NCBI GenBank assembly: GCA_013239625.1
Contig: MU056000.1
Span: forward strand, 11,483,175 to 11,547,174
DNA: 64,000 nt
Source of the DNA: Lama guanicoe
Lineage: Eukaryota
Reading direction: 5' to 3'
A model generated the notes under the pieces. It was not told the DNA's origin. It saw only the letters and a program-made list of their open reading frames with translations, and made no database searches. Of this stretch, positions 36,411 through 49,177 are shown one piece after another. A program made the translations under genes and the position numbers. Position 1 is the first letter of the stretch, and each line of letters begins with the position of its first letter.

Positions 36411-36681
36411 TCTGGTCCCTGGAAGGCAACGGCCTGAGCCAAGAAAGCAGAGCAGCCAAGTTTCATTTTCATTTATTCATACATCTTATATTTCAATCCC
36501 CACCTACCAATGAGGGTTCTCCATGTTTAAAATACAAATACACCAGAAAGAAAATGGCCATTGAAAGTTGTGACTTGTATCATGTTGCCCAGAAACATAA
36601 CACAATTATACCAGGACTGCTCAAAATATAAACCCATTCCTTCCACGATTCTTCTCTTCTAAAGAGAACTTAGAAAGCTAC

Positions 36682-37048
36682 TGTTTCTTTGTCCATTTGG
36701 GCTGTGATAACAAAAATATCATAGACTGGGTGGCTTGTAAACAACAGAAATTTATTTCTCACAGCTCTGGAGGCTGGGGAGTTCAAGGTCGAGACAACAG
36801 CAGATCTGGTGTTTCGTGAGGACCTACCTCCTGTCGTAGAAGCCGTATTCTCTCTATGTCCTCACATGGCAGAAGGAACAATGGAGCTTTCTGGAGCCCC
36901 TTTTATAAGGGCATAACCCCATTCATGAAGGCTCTACCTTCATGACCTAATCACCTCCCAAAGGCCCCACCTACAAGTACCGTCATATTAGGGAGTAGAT
37001 TTCAACACAGGAATTTGGGTGGGGGACACAAACATTCAGTCTATGGCA
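36682..37048 (-). mobile_element. MLT1A/MLT1A0 MaLR solo LTR, near full length
   Basis: TGGGTGGCTTGTAAACAACAGAAATTTATTTCTCACAGCTCTGGAGGCTGGG...TCATGACCTAATCACCTCCCAAAGGCCCCACCT...GGGGACACAAACATTCAGTCTATGGCA. Confidence 0.92.
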
Positions 37049-37667
37049 AGGGTTTTAGTCTCAATGGCACATTTCCCAATTCTTGAAAATATAACCTTGC
37101 TTCCTCTTCATTTCCTTGTTTGGGGGATACATACTGAGAATTTGAGTTTTAGGAGATGCCCAATCCTCTTGGGCCCTTTCCCATCCAATTCTCATAATAT
37201 GCATTTATCCATTTCCTTAAATCCCACACTTGGCAACCCTTTTCTTTCCAAACTTTCAAAATATTTCCAAAGCAATACAGGCATGTGCTTTAATGATTCA
37301 TCTTACTTCCTCCTCTGCAATTACAGCCTCCTTGTTCATCAGAGTTGAGGCTATAGGAGTAATTCTCCTATTTGCATCTTCTCTCTTTGGAAAAATAAAC
37401 TGGTAAGAAAAGTTGGTCAAGAATGTATCAGAAATTCTACTTTCAGCCCAATGATACTCCAGCAGGTGGTCATAGGACTGAGTTCCCACAGACTCCTCCT
37501 CTGGCCCCAGTTTAGTGATCTGTGTCTGTGAAGCATCTTCTGTTCCATCTAGTTGAGCTACCTGTGGTTTGTGCAAATAGCAATTATATTTACTGTCTCC
37601 CTTTACCTGCCCTACACCGTGCATTTTCTGACATGCTTCCATTTTTGGTTTTATAGTTTTCCAAGCA

Positions 37668-37748
37668 AATATATATATATGTATATGTATATATATATAT
37701 ACACACACACATATATACACACATATACATATAGACACATATATATAT
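37668..37748. repeat. (TA)n/(CA)n compound microsatellite
   Basis: Visible directly. Confidence 0.9.
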
Positions 37749-37939
37749 CCTTAATTGTCTTAGATGTGATTGTTTTAGTAGAATTTGAACTAGGTTCGAT
37801 GTAAAGAAGAGCCTAACTGGCTTTTGTAAAGAAACCACAGAAGTGCAAGTGTGCATAAAATCATGAGTTCAGATGCCGTTAGAACCCTCTGGGTTTCACC
37901 CCATCCTCTTTGAGCAGTGCTGGAATTATGTAGTGAATT

Positions 37940-38320
37940 CTGTGACATGCTGCTTCCAGGACTAAAACACATATCCCCACTATTGCCCTTAATTGTCAGC
38001 CATCTTCAAGAATTGCCTTGACTAAAGAGTTACGCAGCCCAAGTTCATGCCCACTTTCCAGGGCAGCCCACATCCAGTGACCGGTCTCTGCAGGAGTATA
38101 AAGGCTTGGTCTCTTACCCTGCCTGAGGATAACTCTGGCGATCCATCCTCCTTTCAGAGCTCCCTATGTGGCCAGCCAAGTCCTTCACTGAGAGTGCATC
38201 TCAGCCCCACATTTCCCACTGCTTCCTTTCTCTTCTTTCCCCACAACTATTGATCCCAAGAGCACTCCCTGAAAAAAAGACCTACAGCAAGCTAATCTCT
38301 ATCTCAGGATCTAAACTTCA
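37940..38320 (+). mobile_element. LTR16 (LTR16C-like) ERVL LTR
   Basis: CCAGGGCAGCCCACATCCAGTGACC...GGAGTATAAAGGC...CAGAGCTCCC...TTGATCCCAAGAGCACTCCCT...CTAATCTCTATCTCAG. Confidence 0.8.
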
Positions 38321-39747
38321 ACAGCTTCCCATCTTTCCAGCTTTGACACCTTTGAGGAAAGGGATTTCTATTTGCCAACTTCAACAAATCCCAAAAAAGA
38401 CTCTCATTGACCTTTAATACTGTCTAGTTGAGTGGCCTGGACTGCCCTCTGTGCCCAGTGTCAGCATATTGGACAGCACAGCTCTGGACCAGTCATTGTG
38501 GCCTGGCACCTGAGATGTGATGGACTCACCCTGAGGGAGGTGTCCACCCTTCCACCAATGTCTTTGGGCAGTGAGACAAGATTACATACCTCCCTAAAGG
38601 GTAGAAATGATCCCCTAAAATAAGTGAGGAGAATAGCAAAGAAATTGCACTGAGAAGACTCATGGGAGCCTGACATGCTTCTGCCTCCTTTTGTGTATCT
38701 GTCTGGTGAAGAGATAGTCCCTTCCATGACCATATTCCAATCTCGAGTCCTATCCTGTGCAGAGCGTAGGTGATCTTGTCCCTGTCTTCTCAAGTTCATG
38801 TCATTTGTTACTAACAACCATATATTGACACTGAAGCATGTGAGCACATGTTTATTTCGTTATTTTTCAGAAGGTATGGAAATTTCACCTTTATGATATT
38901 TGCCATAGTAAAGCAACATAGTGGTTTTGTTTTTTTTTGGAGATGTTCTCCAAAAGTTTCCCTCACCCCAGACTTACTACACAGACTAGGCCCATGAGCA
39001 TTTATTTGTAAATATGTGCCTATTGGTTTTGAAGTGTAGCCTGAATTAGGAAAGACTCTCTGACTACTGCTGGTCCCACGTGGGTAATTATTATTGTAAA
39101 TTCTGACCTGCCTCTCAGTGTTTAACTGAATTATATCTCAAAATCTTTCCAAATAAATGCACCCAGGACCTAGCCACAGTCTCTTGACTATCACCTGGGA
39201 GATGACTAGGAAAATGGGCTTTAGAGTGTCCCGGACATTGAGAGGGCACTGTCCACACAGGGAAGTGGCTGGAGGCTAAAGGAAGTTTCAGGACTGAGCC
39301 AAGCATCATGTTCTCTCTCTGAACGTTCAGACCTTGATGTGCTGGCTGCTCCTTCTTAAATTTAAAAGGATCCCCAAAGCCCAAAGAGTTCAAGAGGGGC
39401 CCTAAACCTAAATCCAAGGGAAATAAAATTTTAATCTTTATGCATCATTTCACCCAACAGATGTATTCTTTCTGCCAAATCATCCTTACTCTTTCTATCC
39501 TTTTGTCAAAGTCTGCTTTCTAAAACCCACTCACTGTATGTTGTTAATAGCTGTTAAATTATTTAAAAGTTAAATTTATTCTAACAAATTCTCAAAGGGA
39601 TCATGAGGGGAATGTATATTTTATCTTGGAAATTTGGGGATTTGCTTCTGAAATTACATTGAATGAAACTAGCCCTGAGGAAAGTAACAGAAAGAAAAAG
39701 ATGCCCAAACTTTAAAGCCCCCAATCTGCTTCTGATAAGTCAATTTT

Positions 39748-40035
39748 ATAATAATAATGATAATGAAAATTAATAATAATAATAAATAATAATAATAATT
39801 AAACAGCTCACATTTATAGAGTTCTTACTATGTGTTGAGGACATATAAGGTATTTCCCATGTATTATTGCACTTTTCCCTTAAAACAGTCCTGTGAGGTT
39901 GGTAGATCCTTGACGTAGCTCCGTTTTGCATCTGAGAAACTGAATAAGCTGTCCACGCATTCCTGAACTCCCAGTTAGTTAATGGCAGGGACAGGACTTG
40001 TATTGACTCCAAATAAGAGTCCTTAATCACTGAGT
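39748..40035 (-). mobile_element. MIR SINE with expanded (AAT)n tail
   Basis: (AAT)n followed by CAGCTCACATTTATAGAGTTCTTACTATGTG...CCTGTGAGGTTGG...CCGTTTTGCATCTGAGAAACTGA. Confidence 0.8.
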
Positions 40036-40380
40036 AGGGCTTCCCTTTGTCTACCCAGGGCGCATGACCATTTGCCAACTTTTCAAAACGATTGCATACG
40101 TGAAGGGTTTTGATCTGTGTTTGGAAGACTTTCAGATCTATTGATTTAATAGCTTGTTCATTAGAGTGGACAAGAGTTATTCTCCAGGCGATGCAAAGCA
40201 GGTAAGAAGAACACATTTCCTTGAATGGGTAGCTGTTCACAAAGTTTATGTTATGTGCTTATGTCATGTTCATTGGACCATGACAATTAAAGTGAAATAA
40301 AAAGCAATTTCTTGTCAGATTCTTTTTTCTTCTCTTTTTTGTTTATTGGTTTAATCTTTGAGTTACAACAGATACTTAGA

Positions 40381-40556
40381 CCAGGAATTTTAACCTTTTA
40401 AGATTACGGATCCTTTTGAGATGAGCGAAAGATATGAAATATTTTTCTAGAAAAATCCTTATATCCACATGCTTGCAAAAGTTATCTAAATTTTGGAAGA
40501 TTTAGAGAAACCCTGAAAAAACCTGTCTGTGGAGACTTAAGAATCTAAGAAACCCA
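40381..40556. mobile_element. MER103C-like hAT MITE
   Basis: CAGGAATTTTAACCTTTT...ACGGATCCTTTTGAGA...CTAGAAAAAT...TAAGAAACCC. Confidence 0.6.
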
Positions 40557-40706
40557 TTTTAAGTACTTCTAATTTAATAAAATAAGCACAAAGTCCTCTT
40601 TTGTGTCAAAGGAAACATCAGAAAAGAGAGATCCAGAAAGCATTCTCTTCTTTCTCCATCTCCTCAACTTCTCAGGATGGACCTCAGGGATCCCCAGCCC
40701 CAATGC

Positions 40707-40900
40707 CAGGGCCACCACACTCAGGTGTGCAGGCTGTGCCCTGTGCAAGTGTGGCTGGCTAAGGAAATGAGTGGGGACTGAATTACAGTTGTGCCTTGCT
40801 TGCTGACCATGTACCCTAGCACTGGACCACATCCACCAAGAGTGAGAATCTTTTTCTAATTTGCACGAGGATGTCTGTATATGGGCCAGCCAGTGTCCTA
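40707..40900 (+). mobile_element. MER91A hAT-Tip100 MITE
   Basis: CAGGGCCACCACACTCAGGTGTGCAGGCTGTGCCCTGTGCAAG...TTTTTCTAATTTGCACGAGG...TATGGGCCAGC. Confidence 0.8.
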
Positions 40901-40987
40901 CACGACCACTTACACCCTGGACCATGCAGCAACCAGAAATGCCCTGACTATGGAGCAGTTTCCTCAGTCACAAAATCAAAAAGATCC

Positions 40988-42345
40988 TCACAAAAATTAG
41001 CTCAAAATGGATTAAAGACTTAAATGCAAAACCTGAAACCATAAAATTCCTGGAAAAAAATGCAAGAAAAGAAAATCTCCTTGACACTCGTCTTGGCGAT
41101 GACTTTATGGATATTACACCTAAAACACAAGCAACAAAAGCAAAAATAAACAGGTGGGACTGCATCAAAGTGAAAAGCTTCTACGCAGCAAAGGAAGCAG
41201 CCAACGAAATGAAAAGGCAACCTACGGAACGGGAGAAAACATTTGCCAACCATGTATCTAATTAAGGGTTAAGGTCCAAAATATATACAGAACACATACA
41301 ACTCAGTAGCAAAAAACAAAAATCAAAACCCAAACAAACAAAAAACCCGTAGACAATCCAATTCAAAAAAATGAGGAAAGGACCTGAATAGACATTTTTT
41401 TCCAAAGAAGACGTACAAACGGCCAACAGTACCATGGAAAGGTGCTCAGCATCACTAATCATCAGGGAGATGCTAATCAAAACCACAGTGAGACACCAGC
41501 TCACACCTGTCAGAATGGCTACCATCAAAAAGGCAAGAGAGATCACAAGTCCTGGTGAGGATGTGGAGGTAAAAAAATCCACGTACACTTTGAGTGGGAA
41601 CGAAAATTGGTGCACTCACTACGGAAAACAGTATAAAGTTTCCTCAAAAAATTAAAAATAGAACTACCATATATGATTCAGCAATTCCACCTCTGGGTAT
41701 TTATCTGAAGGAAATGAAATTATTATCTCAAAGAGACAGCTGTACCCACAATGTTCATTATAGCTATCCACAATAGCAAAGACGTGGAAACAGCCCTCAA
41801 CAGATAAATAAAGAAAAGTGGTATATGGATATGTGTGTGTGTGTGTGTGCGTGTGCGTGTGTAATAAAAAAGAAGGATATACTGCCATTTGTGACAACAG
41901 GGCTGAATCTTGAGGGCATTGTGCTAAGTAAAATGCCCGACAGAGAAAGATAAATACTGTATGATACCACTTATATGTAGAAACTAAAAAAAAAAAAAAT
42001 GCACTCATAGAAACCAGGGACAAGTTTGTGGTTGCCAGAGGAAGGGGGTTGTGGGGTAAGGCAAATGGGTGAAGGCTGTCAGACGGTACGACCTTTCAGT
42101 TATAAGACAGAGAAGTTCCGGGGATGTAATGTCCAACATGGTGACTATGGCTGTCAATACTATACTGCATATTTGAAAATTTCCAACAGAGTAGATCTTA
42201 AGGGTTCTCATCACAAGAAAGCTATTGTAATTACTTGAGGTGGTGGATGTTTAAGTAAACTTACTGTGGTGATCAGATCCCAATATAGACACATGTCAAA
42301 TCATTACATTGTACACCTTAAACTTACGTTCACATTTCATTCCAT
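40988..42345 (+). mobile_element. L1MA (L1MA9-like) LINE: ORF2 3' part plus 3' UTR, with an internal (TG)n
   Basis: CACAAAAATTAGCTCAAAATGGATTAAAGACTTAAAT...; GAGTAGATCTTAAGGGTTCTCATCAC...TGTACACCTTAAACTTAC. Confidence 0.92.
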
Positions 42346-42399
42346 CTCTGCTTTCCCTGTGTCTGGCCCCTAACCTGATGTCTTGCAGACTTCCATTGT

Positions 42400-42962
42400 C
42401 TTCTGGGTTTTCATCTTTTTACCTGTCCCTCCGGATTGTGACCTTATGTGTTTTCACTGCCTTCCACAAAGGGTTGTGATGAGAAAACAGCTTTTTGGGG
42501 GTTGCTGTCTGGGCATCTTGCAGTATGAAACCCCGTTCACATCCAGAGTCTGGATATTTAGATAAGGACTCAAGTTTAGAATTCCCACTCCAAGTTCCCA
42601 CTTTGCTTTTCCTAGGACACTTTTCAAAATAGCCACTTAGATGTGAGCCCATGAAGTGTTAGTACCCTCCACCTCAACCACCTTGTCAGTGATAGGTGCC
42701 TGCTGCCCTGCTCTAGCCTGCTCTTGCTCCCTCATAATCAGGGACAGAGGACTGCATCTTCCTCCAGCTCATTGCCCCATTCCTGGGATCTGTAAGTAAT
42801 AAATCTTGTGGCTTGACTTCCTCTGAGCAAGTGTATTTGCACTGTCAAACGCCCCAGGGGTTTTCACTTCCCCAAAGCAGGAGCTTGGATGCTGAGAGTT
42901 ACCTGCTCACCCTGTGTGGAGGGCTTATAACTAACTCCTCATTGAGCAGGTCATACTCAGCA
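42400..42962 (+). mobile_element. MER74-like ERVL LTR
   Basis: GGGACAGAGGACTGC...CTCATTGCCCC...GGATCTGTAAGTAATAAATCTTG. Confidence 0.6.
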
Positions 42963-43404
42963 TGTGCTTAATTTAATGCACCAGCTGCAATTACCTCCAT
43001 CCTCCCCCACACAAGGGGTGTCTTTTCTTCTTGACTCAGGGTCCTTATTACTCATCCCATCAGTATGTCTCTCTGACACGCCTCACCACACTTCCCCAAG
43101 GCCAGCACCAGCAGACAGTATCCCTCACTCCCAGGGTATGTCACATCTTCTCTGGCTTTTATGCTCAAATGTTGGATATCGTATTCTGGTACAAGTGATG
43201 ACCGGAATGACAAAAACACACTGCAATTTACCAGTGAGTGACTGTTGGCTGACTCCTTTGAAAGTATGATGGTGCTGACTGCCTATTACCATTTAATCTA
43301 TTGTGAAAATATCTTTAAGGTGAGAAAGTCTTTGAGAGCAGTGAGATCTAATGTGTAACCATCCCAGTGGCTTTTGGGTGAACGTTTGGCCTGAATTAGA
43401 GGCC

Positions 43405-44353
43405 CTTTTTTTTTTTTTTAGTTTTTTAATTTAATTTAATAATTTTAGATGTTTTTTCTTTTCTTAAACATTTTATTTTTTGTGTATTTTTACCTATTTA
43501 TTATTGCATTATTATTTTATTTTGACAAATGGGGAGATAATTAGGTTTATTTATTTTTAGAGGAGGTACTGGGGATTGAACCCAGGACCTCATGCATGCT
43601 AAGCATGTGCTCTACCACATGAACTATATCCTCCCTTCCTTTTTTTAGTATTTTTTTTTAATTGAAGTACCATCAGTTTCAATGTGTCAGTTTCTGGTGT
43701 ACAGCACAATGTCCCAGTCATGCACATACGTACATATATTCATTTTCACAGTCTTTTTCATTAAAGGTTACTACAAGATATTGAACATAATTCCCTATGC
43801 TATACTGAAGAAACTTTTTTAAAATCTATTTTGATATATAGTGGCTAACATTTGTAAATCTCAAACTCCCAAACTTCTCCCTTCCCACTCCCTTTCTCTG
43901 GTAACCATAAGATTGTGTACTATGTCTGTGAGTCTATTTCTGTTTTGTAGATGAATTCATAGTGTCCTTTTTTTTCTTCTTCTTCTTCTTTTTAGATTCT
44001 ACATATGAGTGATATCATGTGGTATTTCTCTTTCTGTTTCTGGCTTACTTCACTTAGAATGACGATCTCCAGTTCCATCCGTGTTGCTGCAAATGGCATT
44101 ATTTTATTCTTTTTTATGGCTGAGTAGTATTCCATTGCATAAATATACCACAAATTCTTTATCCAGTCAGCTGTCAATGGACGTCTAGGTTGCTTCGATG
44201 TCTCGTCTATTGTATGTAGTGCTGCTATGAACATTGGGGTGCATGTATCTTTTTGAATTAGAATTCCTTCCAGATATATGCTCAGGAGTGGGATTTCTGG
44301 ATCATATGGTAAGTCTATTTTTCATTTTTTGAGGCTGTTTTCCATGATGGCTG
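43405..44353 (-). mobile_element. 5'-truncated L1 (camelid type) with a SINE nested in its tail
   Basis: TTTTTTAATTGAAGTACC...GGCTTACTTCACTTAGAATGAC...GATATATGCTCAGGAGTGGGAT. Probable TSD GAGGCCCTTTTT (from 43399) / GAGGCCTTTCTT (from 44354). Confidence 0.92.
43515..43635 (-). mobile_element. vic-1-type camelid tRNA-Ala-derived SINE
   Basis: Reverse complement reads GGGAGGATATAGTTCATGTGGTAGAGCACATGCTTAGCATGCATGAGGTCCTGGGTTCAATCCCCAGTACCTCC...AAATAAATAAACCTAATTATCTCCCC; the left (tail) boundary is approximate. Confidence 0.92.
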
Positions 44354-45309
44354 GAGGCCTTTCTTAAGACAGAGTTAAGATGCCTCCATAGAGACACTGT
44401 CAGTGTTGGCACTGGAGGGATGGGGAAGTTACCACAGTGCAGCAGCCTTCCTGGCAGCTCTTGGTGGGGTGTTGATTTGTCCCTGAGGCCAGTTCCTATG
44501 CCAACATTCTGTCACTTAGACTGTTGGTAAATTGTTCCAGAACAGGTCAAGCTATGTGCACTTAGAATCATTTTTGACTGTCAGGGGCAGCACAATGAAA
44601 AGAACATTTGCTCTGGTCCAGGGACGTAGGACAAAGGGAAGAGGAGATGAAGAGAAGCAGGGAAGCAGACCAACAACTAAAATAGCTTAGCGAATGTCAG
44701 TAATGCAACATTCCAAAAATAGTCTATTGAGTTTTACTTTGAATAATGAGTTTGTCTGGAAAAGAGAACTATTAAGGGCCATAAGCATTTACAGAAATGC
44801 TCCCATCCTAAAGAAATGAGGAATAGTTAGATGGGGCTATGGAGGATTATGCAGCAACAAATGTAGTCAGTTTCCATTATAATCTTCTATTTGGAATCGC
44901 ATGTAACTCATTTGTGGTGCTGTTGGGTTTTGATACTGAGACAGATATACCCTGAGGTATATTTTATAAGCAAAGAAAATGAATAAGAGGGTTTTCCATA
45001 GATCTAAGAAAGGTTAATCCTTTTCAATTGAAAAGCTCCTATGCTTGCCTGTGGGACTTAGTAAATTTGGGTTTCCCTGAATAGTTTTTGTTTTTTTCCA
45101 ATGAGTAAGTATAGCTAACTTTTATGTGAAGGTAGGATTTGAGAGATGTTAATTTTTATAGTAAGCCCATGACTGATTGGCAGTTTAGAGGAAAATAGGA
45201 CAGAAAATGTGCAAAAGTAGTTCATGACTAACGGGAAGGGAGGAGAAAAATAAGAAGAAATAGAACAATAATGCCTTGGATTTTTACACTGCTTTAACAT
45301 TTATAAAAT

Positions 45310-45460
45310 ACTTTTCTCACTGGGATGTAGACTTCTTAAAAATAAGAAATTTGTCTTAATTAATGTTTGATTTCTCAATCCTTAACATAATGTCTGGCTG
45401 ACAGTAGAATTCAATAAGTATTAGCTTCTTGAATATACCAAAGAGAAGCTGAATGAAAGA
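45310..45460 (+). mobile_element. L2 LINE 3' end
   Basis: CACTGGGATGTAGACTTCTT...TTTGTCTT...AACATAATGTCTGGC...TCAATAAGTATT...TGAATGAA. Confidence 0.7.
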
Positions 45461-45634
45461 ATTCACTATTTTAGTTAATTTTTGCTACAATCCTATGCGT
45501 TTGGATTTATTTTCTTGATTTACATTGAAGCATTTGAGACACAGAGAGAAGAAATCTCTAAGATCACATGAGTCAATAGTAGAGACAGAATTCTAGACCC
45601 AGTTTTCTGCCCTTGGCCAGAACATTTTTTACAG

Positions 45635-46199
45635 AAACCTGTAAATATGATATATTACATAGCAAAAGAGGCTTTACAGATGTAATTAAAATTAAGAATC
45701 TTAAAATTGGGATATTGTCCAAGATAATCTGATGGCCTTAATCTAATCACATGGGTCCTTCAAAGCAGAGAGCTTCCTCCAGCTGAAGTGAGAGAATGGT
45801 AACAGAAGGGAAAGTTGGAGAGATTCAGAGCATGGAAGACACTCAGCCCACCTCTGCTGGAGGGGCCACATGGAAATTCTGAGAAGCAATGCGGACATCC
45901 ATAGGAGAAGAGACTGACCCTCAGCTGACAGCCACAGAGGAAGTGAAGATTTCAGTCTTATAGTCACAAGGAACTGGATTTGACCAACAATTTGGTCAAA
46001 GTAGACTCATCTCTAAAACTTCCATATAAGAGTCCAGTCTTTCCATTACCTTGATTTAGGCCTCGTGAGACCCTGCACAGAGGTCTCTGTTGAGTCCACT
46101 GGACTTCTGACCTACAGAAACTGTGAGACAGTAAATGGAAGTGTTTTTAAGCCAATATCTTTGTGGCAATTTGTTATGACAGCAACAGAAAATACTGCA
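45635..46199 (+). mobile_element. MLT1E-like MaLR LTR
   Basis: AACCTGTAAATATGATATATTACATAGCAAAAGAGGCTTTACAGATGTAATTAA...GGACTTCTGACCTACAGAAACTGTGAGA...GTGGCAATTTGTTATGACAGCAACAGAAAA. Confidence 0.9.
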
Positions 46200-47279
46200 G
46201 CCAATGAAAGTCATGTGACCAAGCCCAATGCCAGAGTCAAGGGAGACAACTCTGTCTACCATTTGGCTGTGGCCAATCTTAAATGTAATGCTAGAGGACA
46301 GGGAAAAACGAGCTGATTTTAAACTTCTCCAATAGAACTGAAGCAAAAGTAGAACACTGGCCGCGTAGAAGAAGTTTAGTTAAAATTATTAAGAGGTGGG
46401 GAGGCCATTGTTAAAACCTTTCCCAAGAAGCAACAGCCCAAAAAGAAGAGATATTTAAATAAGGTGTTAAACCAGAGAGGTCGTTGAGTGATTTTTGGCA
46501 AAGATAGTTTTGACCAGCAACTGGGGTTGGGGTGGCGTTTATAGTTTCCCCAAAATCAAGGGACTGTTTAGTGTGTGGTGTGGAGTGGAAGTTAGCACTG
46601 TAGGATTAATATGCTAGGTGGCATCCACAACTAAGGTTCCGTTAGTCATTCACTTTTGTGTAGTTTGCCCCTTGAGATTTTCTCATCAATTTATTAATGT
46701 ATGTTTGTATTTCACAAAGTGTGTTCTAAATATCCATGGCAAAACCCCCAAGAACTGTATGTCGTGCATGGTTAGGGTCCTGCAATGAGGAAAAGAGTCT
46801 TCTCTTTTCTCTTGGATGGTAGTGGCATAAATTATTGTGATAGTGTCTCCCAAGGGCCCAGGGATAAGCTGAAAATGGGTCCTTTGGTATTTTAAGGAGA
46901 GGATTATTTTTGGCCTTCTCTTATGGCCTTGCATCTATAATCCTGGCTGGCCAGGGCAATGAGTCATCCAGCAACCAGTGGTAAGGGTCCGGGTCCTGCA
47001 TCTGCCAAGGACATGGAGTTAATAACTCTTTTCTAGGGAAATCTCGTTTGAAGACAACAGTTCACTATGGGTATGTAGCGGATAGTTTATATATAGCTCT
47101 CTGCTGGGCTGCTCAATTTTATCAGTTTACAAGACCCAGGGGAATTCAAGATAAAGCAATCTATCTATCCCAAGATGGGCTCTCTTTATGTATGTGGGAA
47201 ATCCGTGTCCATTTCCACATCCAGGAGAAATGAGCTCCTGTGTCTGAGAAGCCATCTTCTCTAGTTGGGGGGATCTGGA

Positions 47280-47452
47280 GAGTAGTGGTTCAAGGTGTCA
47301 GATCCTGAGTGCACAGGAATCCCAGCTCTCCTCCATCTTAACTGTGTGACTTTGGGTAAAGTCCTTCATCTCACTAGACCCGATGTTATCAATCTGTAAA
47401 CAGGGGCTATAATCCTACCCGCCTCACAGGCAGGGAGCCGTTTTGAGGATCG
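47280..47452 (+). mobile_element. MIR SINE
   Basis: AGTAGTGGTTCAAGG...GAATCCCAGCTCT...CTGTGTGACTTTGGGTAA...ATCTGTAAACAGGGG...CCTCACAGG. Confidence 0.8.
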
Positions 47453-48304
47453 ACTTGTAGCTGCTGCTGTCACGATTCAGGGTCAAACAGAATGTAATCT
47501 CCTAAATTGCAGGAGAAGAGGTTTAAGGTTGATATAAAAAGGTGCTTCCCAGAAGAAAGAGTTTCAAATCTTACAGTGAAAATTTATGGGAGCTTCTTCC
47601 GCGAAGGTCTTTGAAAATAATCCCAACTATAAAATTATGTGACAGATGTTTCTGGCCATTCAAGAATTTATATAGTCAAGTGACTATCATCACCTCAAAG
47701 TTACCACCATGGGAATTTACACACTGAACCTAAAGATATTGCTTTTGGGCAAACTCTCTTTGCCCAAATACCTCATCACCGAGGCAGCCTTCAGAGAATG
47801 TAATGTACTCCTTTGACATTCCTTTATCGAGGACAGTTATCATCTTTGGAGGGCTGATGTGACTTAGAAACACCCAAAGAGTCGTTTTCATCCAGTGAAG
47901 AGAGGTGGCTGTACAATGAGAGAGAATCTAATAAGGCTCAAACAAACACTTGCACTGACATTTGCAGACATCGGTTCTAAAGTATATGAATAGATTAGAA
48001 ATGAAAGTAATTTCTTGTGGCTTATCATGTAAAGCTTTAGTTCCAGATGCATTGGAACTTGCCTTTCTTTCTTAGATGGCTGAAACACAATTGTCTACCA
48101 TGATCTTTGTCCTTTGTGTTGAGTCTGAAATATTTCATAATAAAAAGTCTCTTCAAAAGACTAATTTTGGAACTAAATAAAATAGAGCCATCTAGCTTTC
48201 CCCAAAGCCACCTCTTCTTAGCTTGTCTCAGGACCTCACACTATTTTTCCCATTTCATGATTTGGTCACAAGCAGTCTCTTTAAGTCTCCCAGTTCCCAT
48301 TCCC

Positions 48305-49138
48305 CACATAAGGAGCTTGGAAGTTGCCGCTCTGTCCTAACATCGAGTAACAAGCTGAACAGACTGAAAAGTCAGCAACTCTTCTTGGATCCATTAGAGA
48401 AGGGAGGACACACGGCAAACTGCTGCTCTGGGTCTGGAGGGACAGACAGGCGCATCCAGGGAGTGGAGGCTTCCCTGAGCAGAGACTCTGGGGTAGAAAC
48501 AGCATGGGAACAAGCGGTTTAAGGCAATCTTAAACCATAGTTGAAGAATTGCTGAAGGCTCAGTGCAGGAACTCTTGAGAGTTTAAAACCCCAGAGGGAC
48601 CAAGTCATAAGGGGATGCTCACAATATTGTGAGATTTAACTCCAAGAGCTCAGCTGGATTCTTATCCTAAATAAATCCTCTTGGGCTTCCAGCAGGGGGA
48701 GGGGATGGGGAAAAATTTCAAAATCTGCCAGAGCATTCTGGTCTCCTTAACAAGGACTGCCCTCAGGGGAAGCTGGTTAACCAGAGCCTAACCTGCTGGG
48801 GCATTATCAGAGCTTGACTGATGAGAAGGAGGGAAATACCCAACTCCTGCTGGCTCTAGTCACCCTGTCCGACCTAAAAGAGGAGAAAAAACTGAGAAAC
48901 ACTTGTGAAGTTCACAGCCGAGAGGCACAGACTCACTCCAAGACTGAGACCCAATCACAGACTACAGAACGCTTCCCCTCGCCCCACACCTCAGCAGCTC
49001 ATTGGTAAAGGCTTATTTACAGCAGTTCCTTTTTCCCAGTACAAGATACCCAGCTATTAGAAAAGAAAAATATTCTGTAAGAAAAAAATTACAAGGCATA
49101 CCAAAAAGCATGCATGCATGCATGCATGCATGCATGCA

Positions 49139-49177
<39 letters not shown>

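Noticed and set aside
37298..37856. ORFs with CVYIYIHI-type sequence
   Set aside because: These are translations of the (TA)n/(CA)n microsatellite
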